Assembly (NCBI GenBank): GCA_963977485.1
Contig: CAXBOW010000020.1
Coordinates: forward strand, 151 to 64,150
Length of the DNA stretch: 64,000 nt
Source of the DNA: an uncultured Haliea sp.
GTDB taxonomy: Bacteria > Pseudomonadota > Gammaproteobacteria > Pseudomonadales > Halieaceae
Reading direction: 5' to 3'
Shown: piece after piece, positions 54,340 through 63,275 of the stretch
Position numbering within the stretch: position 1 is the stretch's first letter
How the letters are laid out: each line of letters opens with the position of its first letter
Position numbers and translations under genes: made by a program
The notes under the pieces: generated by a model
Databases searched by the model: none
Told to the model about the DNA's origin: nothing
What the model saw: only the letters and a program-made list of their open reading frames with translations

Positions 54340-55509
54340 TCAGCGCAGCCCCATGCCACGAGCGATGATGTTCTTGAGTACCTCGTTGGTACCGCCGCGC
54401 AATGTAAAAGAAGGCTGGCGCAGCAGGCTATCCGACATCAGGTGCTGGAGCTGGTCGCCATTCCCCGGCTTCATCTGCACCGGCCAGAACTCCCGCAGTC
54501 GCTCAATGATGTCCTGCTCCAATCGGGTGCCCAGATCCTTGACCAAAGCCGCCTCCACTTCCGGAGAATGCCCTTGCCCTAGCAACGCAGCGACACCTAG
54601 GGACATGGCGCGCAGCGCACGGATGCGCGCCAGAATGCTGCCCACGACTGCGGCTTGATGCCCGCTCATACCGGCGGCTCCCTGCTGCAGCGCCTTCTCC
54701 AGGGCAACAAAAGTACTCAGGAAACGTTCTGGCCCTGAACGCTCCAACGCCAGCTCACTGGTGATTTGTTTCCAGCCTTCACCAACCGCCCCCAGGACGG
54801 CATCGTCGGATACAAAAACCTTCTCGAAGTGGCTTTCATTGAAGTGCTCTACTCCACTCATGTCTCGAATGCCCCTTACCGTCACCCCGGGCGAGTCCAG
54901 CGGAACGAGGAACTGGGTCAGACCTTCGTGTCGCTTGTCCGGATCCCGTTCGCCCGTGCGAGCGAGCACTGTCATGTATTGACACTGCTGAGCACCGGAG
55001 GACCACAACTTAGTGCCGGTAATTTCCCAACCACTCTCAACTCTTTGGGCCCTGGTGCGCACAGAGGCGAGGTCTGAGCCGGATTCTGGCTCACTCAACC
55101 CAAGGGCCACAAAACACTCACCCCCAGCGATTCGCGGCAGGATGTTACGCTTCATATCTTCGGTGCCGGTGGCCAGAATCAAAGGCCCGCTCTGGCGGTC
55201 CGCAATCCAGTGCGCATGCACCGGTGCACCAGCCACCAGCAGCTCTTCGGTAATCACATAACGATGGAGGGCGCTCAGCTCGCGGCCGCCGTACTGCCGT
55301 GGCCATGTGACACCTATCCAGCCTTTCTGACCCAGTTTCCGGCTGAACTCCGGGTCAATCCCGGCGCACCAGCAATCCGTCGTCGGGACAAAGCCTCCAT
55401 TGCGAACCTCCTCCTCAAGAAAGGCACGTACCTCCTTGCGAAGCTCATCAACGCTTTCAACGATCTGCGGAGCGGGAAAATTAAATCGGACACTTTCCAT
55501 ACTGAGCAC
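54340..55509 (-). CDS. Acyl-CoA dehydrogenase
   Basis: 389 aa with LGLSEPESGSDLAS, GTKLWSSGA and GGTNEVLKNIIAR. Confidence 0.9.
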   Translation of the reverse strand: MLSMESVRFNFPAPQIVESVDELRKEVRAFLEEEVRNGGFVPTTDCWCAGIDPEFSRKLGQKGWIGVTWPRQYGGRELSALHRYVITEELLVAGAPVHAHWIADRQSGPLILATGTEDMKRNILPRIAGGECFVALGLSEPESGSDLASVRTRAQRVESGWEITGTKLWSSGAQQCQYMTVLARTGERDPDKRHEGLTQFLVPLDSPGVTVRGIRDMSGVEHFNESHFEKVFVSDDAVLGAVGEGWKQITSELALERSGPERFLSTFVALEKALQQGAAGMSGHQAAVVGSILARIRALRAMSLGVAALLGQGHSPEVEAALVKDLGTRLEQDIIERLREFWPVQMKPGNGDQLQHLMSDSLLRQPSFTLRGGTNEVLKNIIARGMGLR

Positions 55510-55566
55510 TCATGTAAATCATTAGTGTTAATTGCAGTCCAATACCAAGAAGAGCTAAAGCTGATT

Positions 55567-57162
55567 TTACTTAAGCTTATCGATTACCATTTTCCGAATT
55601 TCCGTTTTCAGGATTTTATTAACCGTTGAAACCGGCAATGCATCTTCCACAAAAGTAACCGCCGTCGGACACTTGTAATGCGCGATCCGCGCCCGACAAT
55701 AATCCTTGATTTCACTTTCAGTCACACTTCCCGGCTCCATCAGCCTTACCACCGCATGAACGGACTCACCCCATTTCTCATGGGGCACACCGAGTACAGC
55801 ACATTCACTGATTTCCGGGTGACGAGACAGAATATTTTCAATTTCAACGGGATACACATTTTCGCCGCCGCTGACGATCATGTCTTTGATCCTGCCCGCA
55901 AGGAACAGATAGCCGTCCTTATCCAGGTATCCACTATCACCGGTGTAATACCAGCCGTCCTGCAGCACCGCATTCGTCAACTCGGAAGCCCGCCAGTATC
56001 CCTTCATGACATTGGAACCCTTAACTGCAATCTCTCCTACTTCTCCAGAAGCAAGGGGGTGCCTTTCAGCATCCACAATCCGCACGTGATTGTGGAACAC
56101 CGGGCGCCCTACCGACTCCAGTCGTGCCAGCCGCTCTGGCTCCAACGAGTGATCTTCAGCATCCAGTACAGTCACCACCGGGGAAGCTTCCGTCATGCCG
56201 TAGGACTGCGCGAATGATATCCCTGGCAATACCGTCAGAACCCGCTCCAGCAACGCCACTGGCATCGGAGCAGCCCCATAGGTAATGAGCCGCAGGCTCG
56301 AAAGATCGAAATCAGAGAAGCTTGGGTGATCGAACATCATCTGCAGCGTAGTAGGGACGAGCTGCATCGTATTGATGTGGTACCGCTCCACCAGCTGCAT
56401 CACCTCGACGACATCAAAGCGGGGTAGAATTACGGTATGAGTTCCTGTCATGGTGGCGGTGTAAACTCGTGACCCCGCCGCAGTATGAAACATGGGACCG
56501 GCAAGCAAGTGCGTTTCCTGTTCGACCATGCGGTACCAGGCGATCCCGCCCAGCGCATTGGTAAACTGGTTGGTGTGAGTTAGCATCACCCCCTTGGCGC
56601 GCCCAGTGGTGCCGCCGGTATAAAAGATCACCAGAGTATCGTCGTTGCCACTGGGCGTAAGGCGGCTTGCCGCGGCGCCCGACACCAGCCTCTCGTAGGC
56701 CACCATCTCGCGAGGGGCAGTTTCTTCCTGCCCGGCAAAGACAACCGTCTTCAATCCTGGACAGGCACGGACAATCGCCGCTGCCTGCTCCAGATGGTAC
56801 TCATCAACCAGTAACACCGCCGGCTCGGCATCTTCAATGCAGGCAACCATCTCACCGGCGGACAAGCGAAAATTCATAGGTACAACGATGGCGCCGGCCA
56901 TCGGAGCTGCAAAGAACAGTTCAAAACACCAGTGGGAGTTGAAGCCAAGATAGGCCACCCGGTCTCCAGCGACCAACCCTAACCCGACCAAACCGCGGGC
57001 CAAACCCTCACAGCGGCTAAAAGTCTCCCGCCAGGTGAAAGTCCGCCCCTCATAGCTGACCGATGGGCTCAGTGGCCATTGCTCCGCCGCTTTTGCCAAT
57101 AGATGACAGACCGAAATGGCCGCCGGGCCAGGGCTTGGGTTAACTGAGCGTTCACTGATCAT
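55567..57162 (-). CDS. AMP-forming acyl-CoA ligase
   Basis: 531 aa with FYTGGTTGRAKG, SYGMTEA, YYTGDSGYLDKDGY and VSGGENVYPVEIE. Confidence 0.9.
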   Translation of the reverse strand: MISERSVNPSPGPAAISVCHLLAKAAEQWPLSPSVSYEGRTFTWRETFSRCEGLARGLVGLGLVAGDRVAYLGFNSHWCFELFFAAPMAGAIVVPMNFRLSAGEMVACIEDAEPAVLLVDEYHLEQAAAIVRACPGLKTVVFAGQEETAPREMVAYERLVSGAAASRLTPSGNDDTLVIFYTGGTTGRAKGVMLTHTNQFTNALGGIAWYRMVEQETHLLAGPMFHTAAGSRVYTATMTGTHTVILPRFDVVEVMQLVERYHINTMQLVPTTLQMMFDHPSFSDFDLSSLRLITYGAAPMPVALLERVLTVLPGISFAQSYGMTEASPVVTVLDAEDHSLEPERLARLESVGRPVFHNHVRIVDAERHPLASGEVGEIAVKGSNVMKGYWRASELTNAVLQDGWYYTGDSGYLDKDGYLFLAGRIKDMIVSGGENVYPVEIENILSRHPEISECAVLGVPHEKWGESVHAVVRLMEPGSVTESEIKDYCRARIAHYKCPTAVTFVEDALPVSTVNKILKTEIRKMVIDKLK

Positions 57163-57184
57163 GGAATTCAGATCCTCCGATTCA

Positions 57185-58531
57185 TCAACCCATACTGCTC
57201 GGTATCAGCAGCGATATGATCGGAAACGCTACAATCAGGCCCAGCACCATCAGATCTGCCACCAGGAATTTCATCACCCCGAAGAAGATAGTGTGTACCT
57301 TGATTCCCCTGCCAACCACACTGTTGATAACGAACACGTTCATGCCCAGCGGGGGAGTTACCAGTCCGATTTCGAGAAGCTTGACCACCACAACACCAAA
57401 CCAGATGAGGTCCATTCCCATGCCTTCAACCAGCGGAATGACAAACGGCAGGGTCAATAACATGGTACCGATGGAGTCCAGAAACATGCCCAGAACGATA
57501 TAAAGCATGACTATAAGAAACAACACCATCCAGGGCTCAAGCGCCAGACCTTCGACAAAACCGACAAAGGCACCAGTGACACCGGTTAGTGACACGAAGG
57601 AAACAAAGATCTTGGCGCCCACGGCGATGAAGAATAGAGCAGCCGACTGGAACGCGGTCTCCTTCATTGAACTGAGGAAATCCGCCCAGCTCAGACGCCG
57701 CGACAGCACACCGAAACCGATCGCAAACAGCAGGGAAACTGCAGCTGCTTCAGTCGCTGTAAAGAATCCGCCATAGATGCCACCAATAATGATGGTCATA
57801 AGGGCAAGCGCTGGCCAGCCTTTGACCGCGGCCTTAAAGCGATCACGGTTGGTATAGTTGAGGTCTTTAGGTGCTGGCGCGTGATCTGGCTTTAGCATGG
57901 CCCAGATGACCACCACCAGGATGAACCCCAAAATGGTGAGGATGCCTGGAAGCACTCCAGCCAGAAACAACTTGTTGACCGACTGTTCGGTAAACATGCT
58001 GTAGAGAATGAACAGCACGCTGGGAGGAATAAGCGAACCCAGGGTTCCGCCCATTGCGACAGTTGATGTGGCTAACTGTTTGTCATAGCCGTAGCGCAAC
58101 ATCTCGGGCACGCAGATCCGTCCCATGGACGATGCACATGCCAAACTGGAGCCGGTGATAGCAGAAAAGCCGCCGCAGCCAAACAGGGAAGCAATCGCCA
58201 AACCACCAGGCAGCTTGGCCAACCAGACCCGAACCGCCTCATAAATATCGGTTGTGATGCGGGCGTGGTAAGCAACGTGACCGGCTGCGATGAACAGCGG
58301 AATCATACTCAGGGAATAAGAGTGGATAAAATCAAAGGCATTGGACTCTATCAATGCCATAGCCGGCCGCATACCGCGCTCAAACATGAACTCCCCTCCC
58401 GGGCGCCATGCGTATGTAATCAACGAGCATACTGAGGCCACGCTAACCAGCACGAATGCAATGGGCACTCGCATGATCATCAATGCCAGGGCGACGGCAA
58501 AACCCCAGCCGCCAATAACGGATGGTTCCAT
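57185..58531 (-). CDS. dctM: TRAP transporter large permease (DctM family)
   Basis: 448 aa and polytopic. It is a paralogue of 42970-44277 (shared LPGGLAIA..., VPEMLR..YD..LATG, GTLG..IPPS). Confidence 0.9.
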   Translation of the reverse strand: MEPSVIGGWGFAVALALMIMRVPIAFVLVSVASVCSLITYAWRPGGEFMFERGMRPAMALIESNAFDFIHSYSLSMIPLFIAAGHVAYHARITTDIYEAVRVWLAKLPGGLAIASLFGCGGFSAITGSSLACASSMGRICVPEMLRYGYDKQLATSTVAMGGTLGSLIPPSVLFILYSMFTEQSVNKLFLAGVLPGILTILGFILVVVIWAMLKPDHAPAPKDLNYTNRDRFKAAVKGWPALALMTIIIGGIYGGFFTATEAAAVSLLFAIGFGVLSRRLSWADFLSSMKETAFQSAALFFIAVGAKIFVSFVSLTGVTGAFVGFVEGLALEPWMVLFLIVMLYIVLGMFLDSIGTMLLTLPFVIPLVEGMGMDLIWFGVVVVKLLEIGLVTPPLGMNVFVINSVVGRGIKVHTIFFGVMKFLVADLMVLGLIVAFPIISLLIPSSMG

Positions 58532-59130
58532 TAGTGATCTACCTCATCGGTGATTTCAGGCCTTTTGTTATTGATTACCCCAAGCGCGTCCAGAGTATCG
58601 TGGATAGCCAAGTCAATCAGCCGGATAAAGAACAGGAAATAACCCAGAAAAAACATCGTCCTGCCCGGCCATTGGGGCAGCTGAAGCATACCGAAGAAGT
58701 AGCCACCAGATTCGAAGGCGTCCACCATAGACAGATAAGCCGCATAGGTAATTGGTATCACAGCAACCAAGCCTACTATCACGGTCAAGACATTAAGCAC
58801 CTGCTGAAACTTTGGCCCCAGCATTTGGGTAAAGATCTCCACGCAGATAAAGCCGCGATCGGCCGCGACGAAGGCTAGCGGCAGGATCAAGGCGCCAATC
58901 ATCATCTCGCCCACAATTATGATCTCGTCCGGAACACCCGACGAAGCGAATGTGCGCAAAAGGACACTGCTGGCAATGATCAGGCAAAGACCCATGATGC
59001 AAATCACGCCGACCAGCAGAAATACATTCTCCAGCCATGCCAGCGAACCTCTTGCACGCCCCAACGCCCTCAGGGAAATAGCCGCTGAGCCATGAGACTT
59101 GAGTCGTTTTTTACGCTCGGTGACGGCCAT
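58531..59130 (-). CDS. dctQ: TRAP transporter small permease (DctQ family)
   Basis: I chose ATG 59130 (MAVTERKK...), preceded by GGGAGGTG. The track TTG start at 59205 is less likely. The stop overlaps the dctM ATG (TAATG). Confidence 0.8.
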   Translation of the reverse strand: MAVTERKKRLKSHGSAAISLRALGRARGSLAWLENVFLLVGVICIMGLCLIIASSVLLRTFASSGVPDEIIIVGEMMIGALILPLAFVAADRGFICVEIFTQMLGPKFQQVLNVLTVIVGLVAVIPITYAAYLSMVDAFESGGYFFGMLQLPQWPGRTMFFLGYFLFFIRLIDLAIHDTLDALGVINNKRPEITDEVDH

Positions 59131-59263
59131 GCGCACCTCCCGATGCAGACCTGCCCATACTTCGGACAAGTCCCGGTTTCTGAATGATGGTTTATTGTTG
59201 TTCAATCAAAGCAAACTGCGGTGAAACTGCCGGAAGCAATACCTCCGGCAGTGCAGGCAGGGT

Positions 59264-60340
59264 TCAGGTCGGAGACCAGGGGTAACCCCTCTCATCCAGT
59301 TCGGTTTGGTACTTGTTCAGCAGTGCCTGGTATTGATCCCAGATGGCCTTGCCATCAAGGCCTGCTGCATTCATATCACTGATCCAGGCGTCAATGTATT
59401 TATCTGACTGGGCAAACAGCTCGGCGCGCTCTTCTTCGGACCACTCAATGACTTCGACCTTGTTTCCGAGCTCGCCTGTAGGCAGCGCTTTGGCTACGGC
59501 CTGGTTGTCCTCAACCAGCCTCTCAGCATAAAAGTCGACCATTTCAGAACCCACCTTCCGCATCAACTGCTGCTGCTCGGCAGAAAGATCATCCCAGGCC
59601 CACTTATTCATAGCTATAGCAAAACCAGCGATCTGTCCCCAGTTCATCAGTGACACACTGGTTGTAACTTCCGGCGTTTTGAACGCACGCATGGCGTACA
59701 GGTAGCCACCAGAACAATCCACTAGCCCGGTATCCAAAGCCTGATAGACCTCGGAATACACGAAATTCACCATGTTGGCGCCAACCTCATCAAGAATCTT
59801 GGCGTAGATGGCGGATGCACGGATTTTCTTGCCCGCAAAATCCTCGAGCTTTTCAATTCGCACATCACCGGTGCACTCAAACTGCATCTCACTGGTCGAG
59901 TAGTTTGTAATGTAAACCACTCCGTTATTCTCAAACTGCTGCTGCAACTGTTCGTTGGTTGTCATCAACTCGTACATCGCCCGCATACCCACCCAGGCAT
60001 CAGACTGGGGCACAGGGATATCACCAACACTCAGAGCGCGCATCTTCTGGGGTTCATAAGCCGCAAGTACTGAGCCCATATCTGCGGCTCCAGAGGCAAC
60101 CCCACCGAGAATTGCACTGTACTTGAGCAACGCTCCACCCCAGTGAATATCCAGCTTCAAATCACCACCAGACTGGTCATCCAATTGATCAGCGAAATAC
60201 TGCAAAGCTTCAGCACGCGCACCCCGGTTAGGGCTCGCCTCGGCATAGCGCAGCATCGTTTCAGCCGCGGCTTGCCCCAGCGTGGCCAGCGAGAGAACCG
60301 ACCCGACCACTAAAGACTTGAAAGCCTTGTTAGCAACCAT
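59264..60340 (-). CDS. dctP: TRAP transporter substrate-binding protein (DctP family), copy 1 of a tandem pair
   Basis: 358 aa with signal peptide ...LATLGQAAAE. LRYAEASPNRG...IHWGGALLK...VGMRAMYELMTT is shared with copy 2. Confidence 0.85.
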   Translation of the reverse strand: MVANKAFKSLVVGSVLSLATLGQAAAETMLRYAEASPNRGARAEALQYFADQLDDQSGGDLKLDIHWGGALLKYSAILGGVASGAADMGSVLAAYEPQKMRALSVGDIPVPQSDAWVGMRAMYELMTTNEQLQQQFENNGVVYITNYSTSEMQFECTGDVRIEKLEDFAGKKIRASAIYAKILDEVGANMVNFVYSEVYQALDTGLVDCSGGYLYAMRAFKTPEVTTSVSLMNWGQIAGFAIAMNKWAWDDLSAEQQQLMRKVGSEMVDFYAERLVEDNQAVAKALPTGELGNKVEVIEWSEEERAELFAQSDKYIDAWISDMNAAGLDGKAIWDQYQALLNKYQTELDERGYPWSPT

Positions 60341-60444
60341 CTGTTAACCTCTTGTTATTTATGAGTGCGGACAAGCCGCCTCTTCGCCACTTCAATGCCC
60401 CCAGCAATAGTCTGAAAGGGGGCGGTCTTGCTTGTTACACGATG

Positions 60445-61512
60445 TCAGCTCTGCCAGGGGTAGCCTTCGGACTCTAGCTGGCTCTGGTACTTTTTCAGCA
60501 GCTCGATATAGCGATCCCAAATCTGTTGGCCAGCCATGCCACGACCATTGGCCTCTTCAATCCAGCTATCACGAAACTTGAGTGTGGCATCAAGAATTTT
60601 CCGGCGCTCTTCCGGTGCAATCCGGGTAACCGGAACCACCTTTCCAAAATCACCGCGATCCAGGCTCTTGGCAACAGCTTCCGCATCCTCGATTGTCAGG
60701 CGGGCAAAATGATCAATCATGTTTCCGCCAGCCTGCATCAGAATTGCCTGCTGCTTCTCATCAAAATCAGACCAAGTAAACTCATTGATTACAATGGCAA
60801 AGCCTAGCAACTGCCCCCAATCGACTCGGGTTACAGACTCCACAACCTCATAGGTCTTATAGGCTCTCATGGTATAAAAATAGCTTGCCAGGCAGTCCAC
60901 CAGCCCAGTATCCAGCGCCTGATAAACTTCACCAAAGGTCATGCTGACGGTATCTGCACCAAGTTCTGCCAGCACATTAGTATAAGTTCCGGTAGCACGG
61001 ATCCGTTTGCCTTTGATGTCATCGACGGTGAGAATCTGATTGCCCGTAGTGCATTCGAACTGGACACCGGTGGTGCTGAAATTACTGAGGTAGACCAGAG
61101 ACTGGTCCGCAAGGGATGTCTTCAGCTGAGACTCGGTGGTCATCAACTCATACATGGCGCGCATGCCTACCCAGGGATCTGCATATTCGAGAGGGATATC
61201 GCCAATGCCCAGTGCCTTCAGCGGCTGCGGCTCATAGGACGACAGCACTGAGCCAAGATCTGCACTGCCTGCGGAGACGCCATTCATAACACCGCTCCAC
61301 TTGAGCAGTGCACCACCCCAGTGAATATCGATCTTAATATCGCCGCCCGACAGTCGTTCGACTTCGTCGGCAAAAAACTGCACTGCATCAGCACGGGTAC
61401 CGCGGTTTGGCCCTGCTTCTGCGTAGCGCAATACGATTTCAGCTGAAGCCTGAGCTGCTCCGGCCAAAGCCAGAACGAGCCCTAAAGCCAAGGTCCTGAA
61501 TTTCATTGTCAT
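60445..61512 (-). CDS. dctP: TRAP transporter substrate-binding protein (DctP family), copy 2 of a tandem pair
   Basis: MTMKFRTLALGLVLALAGAAQASAE signal peptide. I chose ATG 61512 (or 61506). Roughly 55-60% identical to copy 1 by eye. Confidence 0.85.
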   Translation of the reverse strand: MTMKFRTLALGLVLALAGAAQASAEIVLRYAEAGPNRGTRADAVQFFADEVERLSGGDIKIDIHWGGALLKWSGVMNGVSAGSADLGSVLSSYEPQPLKALGIGDIPLEYADPWVGMRAMYELMTTESQLKTSLADQSLVYLSNFSTTGVQFECTTGNQILTVDDIKGKRIRATGTYTNVLAELGADTVSMTFGEVYQALDTGLVDCLASYFYTMRAYKTYEVVESVTRVDWGQLLGFAIVINEFTWSDFDEKQQAILMQAGGNMIDHFARLTIEDAEAVAKSLDRGDFGKVVPVTRIAPEERRKILDATLKFRDSWIEEANGRGMAGQQIWDRYIELLKKYQSQLESEGYPWQS

Positions 61513-61665
61513 GACGTTGCTCCCAAAGAGGGGGGGGGTATTGTTTTTGTTAAAAATGGCAGAGGTAAAGTTTCCACCATACATCCAAGCTAGCACCCGA
61601 ACCCGATATCAACAACGACCTATATTGTATAGTACCTATGCTTTACAGATATAAGATGACAGACC

Positions 61666-62103
61666 TTAATCCGCCGGCACTCCCTCTTCGTTTTCGCCCC
61701 CTAAAACATAACGAAACGTGCCCTGACCGGTCGCGATCAATGTGTCCTCACAGATAATCCGCGCTTCGACAAAAAAGATCTTGCGTCCGCGGCTGACCAC
61801 TCTGGCCTCTACTTTCAGGAACCCATCTTTCACCGGGTTCATGAAGTGAGTATTCAGCGATATGGTGATACACCGCCGGATGTTTCCGGGTACCGTACAG
61901 TAGGTACCGCAGAGCCCGGCGGCGCTGTCCAGCAGGGAGGCAAACACCCCACCGTGGACAAACCCGTTGCGGTTAAGGTGGCGCTCCGTCATCTGACCTG
62001 TGATCACTGCGCGCCCAGGCTCCCACTCTGCCACCGAAAATCCGAGAACCTCCCTGAAGCCGCTCATAGTGGCGGCTTCAAACTGCAAGTTTGCTTCGTT
62101 CAT
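61666..62103 (-). CDS. PaaI-family hotdog-fold acyl-CoA thioesterase
   Basis: 145 aa with LNRNGFVHGGVFASLLDSAAG. It is a paralogue of 1636-2106. Confidence 0.85.
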   Translation of the reverse strand: MNEANLQFEAATMSGFREVLGFSVAEWEPGRAVITGQMTERHLNRNGFVHGGVFASLLDSAAGLCGTYCTVPGNIRRCITISLNTHFMNPVKDGFLKVEARVVSRGRKIFFVEARIICEDTLIATGQGTFRYVLGGENEEGVPAD

Positions 62104-62430
62104 ATTGTTCCCTCAATTTCCTGGCCATGCCCAGAACGTCACGGCGGCCGCTATTATTGATATAAGTTCGGCATGCCTCAGAGCAAAGCCGACCGAAAGA
62201 TAACGATCAGTATGGCGCAGCAATTTCGTTCTTATCACTCTGAAGCCCCATGCACTCTTTTACGGACCTTGACGCTAACACCCTGTTGACGGCTGTACCT
62301 TTATAATTTCGCTATATTTTCCATGCCGATCAGGTATGCCTCAAAAGGGGATTAAGTACAGGTTTCAGGTTACTTTCAAGATGCAGGAAATTCCTTGCCA
62401 CAAATTACCAACCCATAAAACGGAGTAGCC

Positions 62431-63210
62431 ATGGCTGATTTATTACATGACACAAATAACAATATTCTGACCATCACTCTTAACCGACCCGACCGACTCA
62501 ATGCCATGAGCAACGAAATGCGGGAGTCTTTGCTCTGTCTGCTAACCCAACAGCACTCAAACTTGAGCGTCCGCGCAGTGGTGATTCGCGCCAATGGACG
62601 AGGCTTCTGTACCGGCGCAGATGTTCAGCCGGATCAAATTCTGGCTCGCCGCGCGAACATTGGAGAACAAGTAAAAAACGGGATCAATCAGATCATAAAA
62701 CAGCTCGTAACCCTACCAGTACCAGTTATTTCAGCGGTCAACGGCCCCGCTGCCGGAGCCGGCGTCAGCCTTGCTCTGGCATCCGATTTTATGCTGGTGA
62801 ACAGGGATGCGGCGTTTCATATTTCCTTTGCACGTATCGGTGCTGTGATGGATGGCGGCTGCTCATGGTTTTTGGCACGAACCATCGGCGCTCGTCGTAC
62901 TGCGGCGCTCGCGCTGACCGGCGGCACCTTCAGTGCAGATGAAGCGCTGTCGTGGGGGCTGGCCCACAAAGTGGTCGACAACGACAGGCTCTGGATAGAA
63001 GCCGACGAATTGGCCAGCCACCTGGCTTCCGGGCCAACCACCGCGCTGGGATTGATAAAAAAGGAAATTGCCCTGGCCGCAACTCTGGATCTCCCCGCAG
63101 CACTAAACCATGAAGCCGAGTGCCAACAGGTTGCATTCAACACTTCGGACTTCGTCGAGGCGATCGAGGCCCGTCAACAAACGCGAAAGCCAGAATTCAG
63201 CGGCCACTGA
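62431..63210 (+). CDS. Enoyl-CoA hydratase/isomerase (crotonase) family protein
   Basis: 259 aa with GRGFCTGADV and SAVNGPAAGAGVSLAL. Confidence 0.9.
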   Translation: MADLLHDTNNNILTITLNRPDRLNAMSNEMRESLLCLLTQQHSNLSVRAVVIRANGRGFCTGADVQPDQILARRANIGEQVKNGINQIIKQLVTLPVPVISAVNGPAAGAGVSLALASDFMLVNRDAAFHISFARIGAVMDGGCSWFLARTIGARRTAALALTGGTFSADEALSWGLAHKVVDNDRLWIEADELASHLASGPTTALGLIKKEIALAATLDLPAALNHEAECQQVAFNTSDFVEAIEARQQTRKPEFSGH

Positions 63211-63226
63211 CCGGTTCCGCAATCCG

Positions 63227-63250
63227 GCAGGCCTCATGTCAGAGGCCTGC
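63227..63250. terminator. Hairpin between convergent genes (9-bp GC-rich stem, no U-run)
   Basis: GCAGGCCTC-atgtca-GAGGCCTGC, a perfect inverted repeat. Confidence 0.5.
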
Positions 63251-63275
63251 ACACAGAACCCGGCTCAGTTTCAGC

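Noticed and set aside
62173-62343. TTGACG-N11-TTGACG direct repeat (62269-62291), a TATAAT hexamer (62302-62307), and a repeated 8-mer ATGCCTCA (62173-62180 and 62336-62343) in the 327-bp divergent region
   Set aside because: The TTGACG-to-TATAAT spacers are 10 and 27 nt, so neither forms a canonical sigma-70 promoter. About 0.8 repeated 8-mers are expected by chance in 327 bp, and repeated 6-mers are even less informative.
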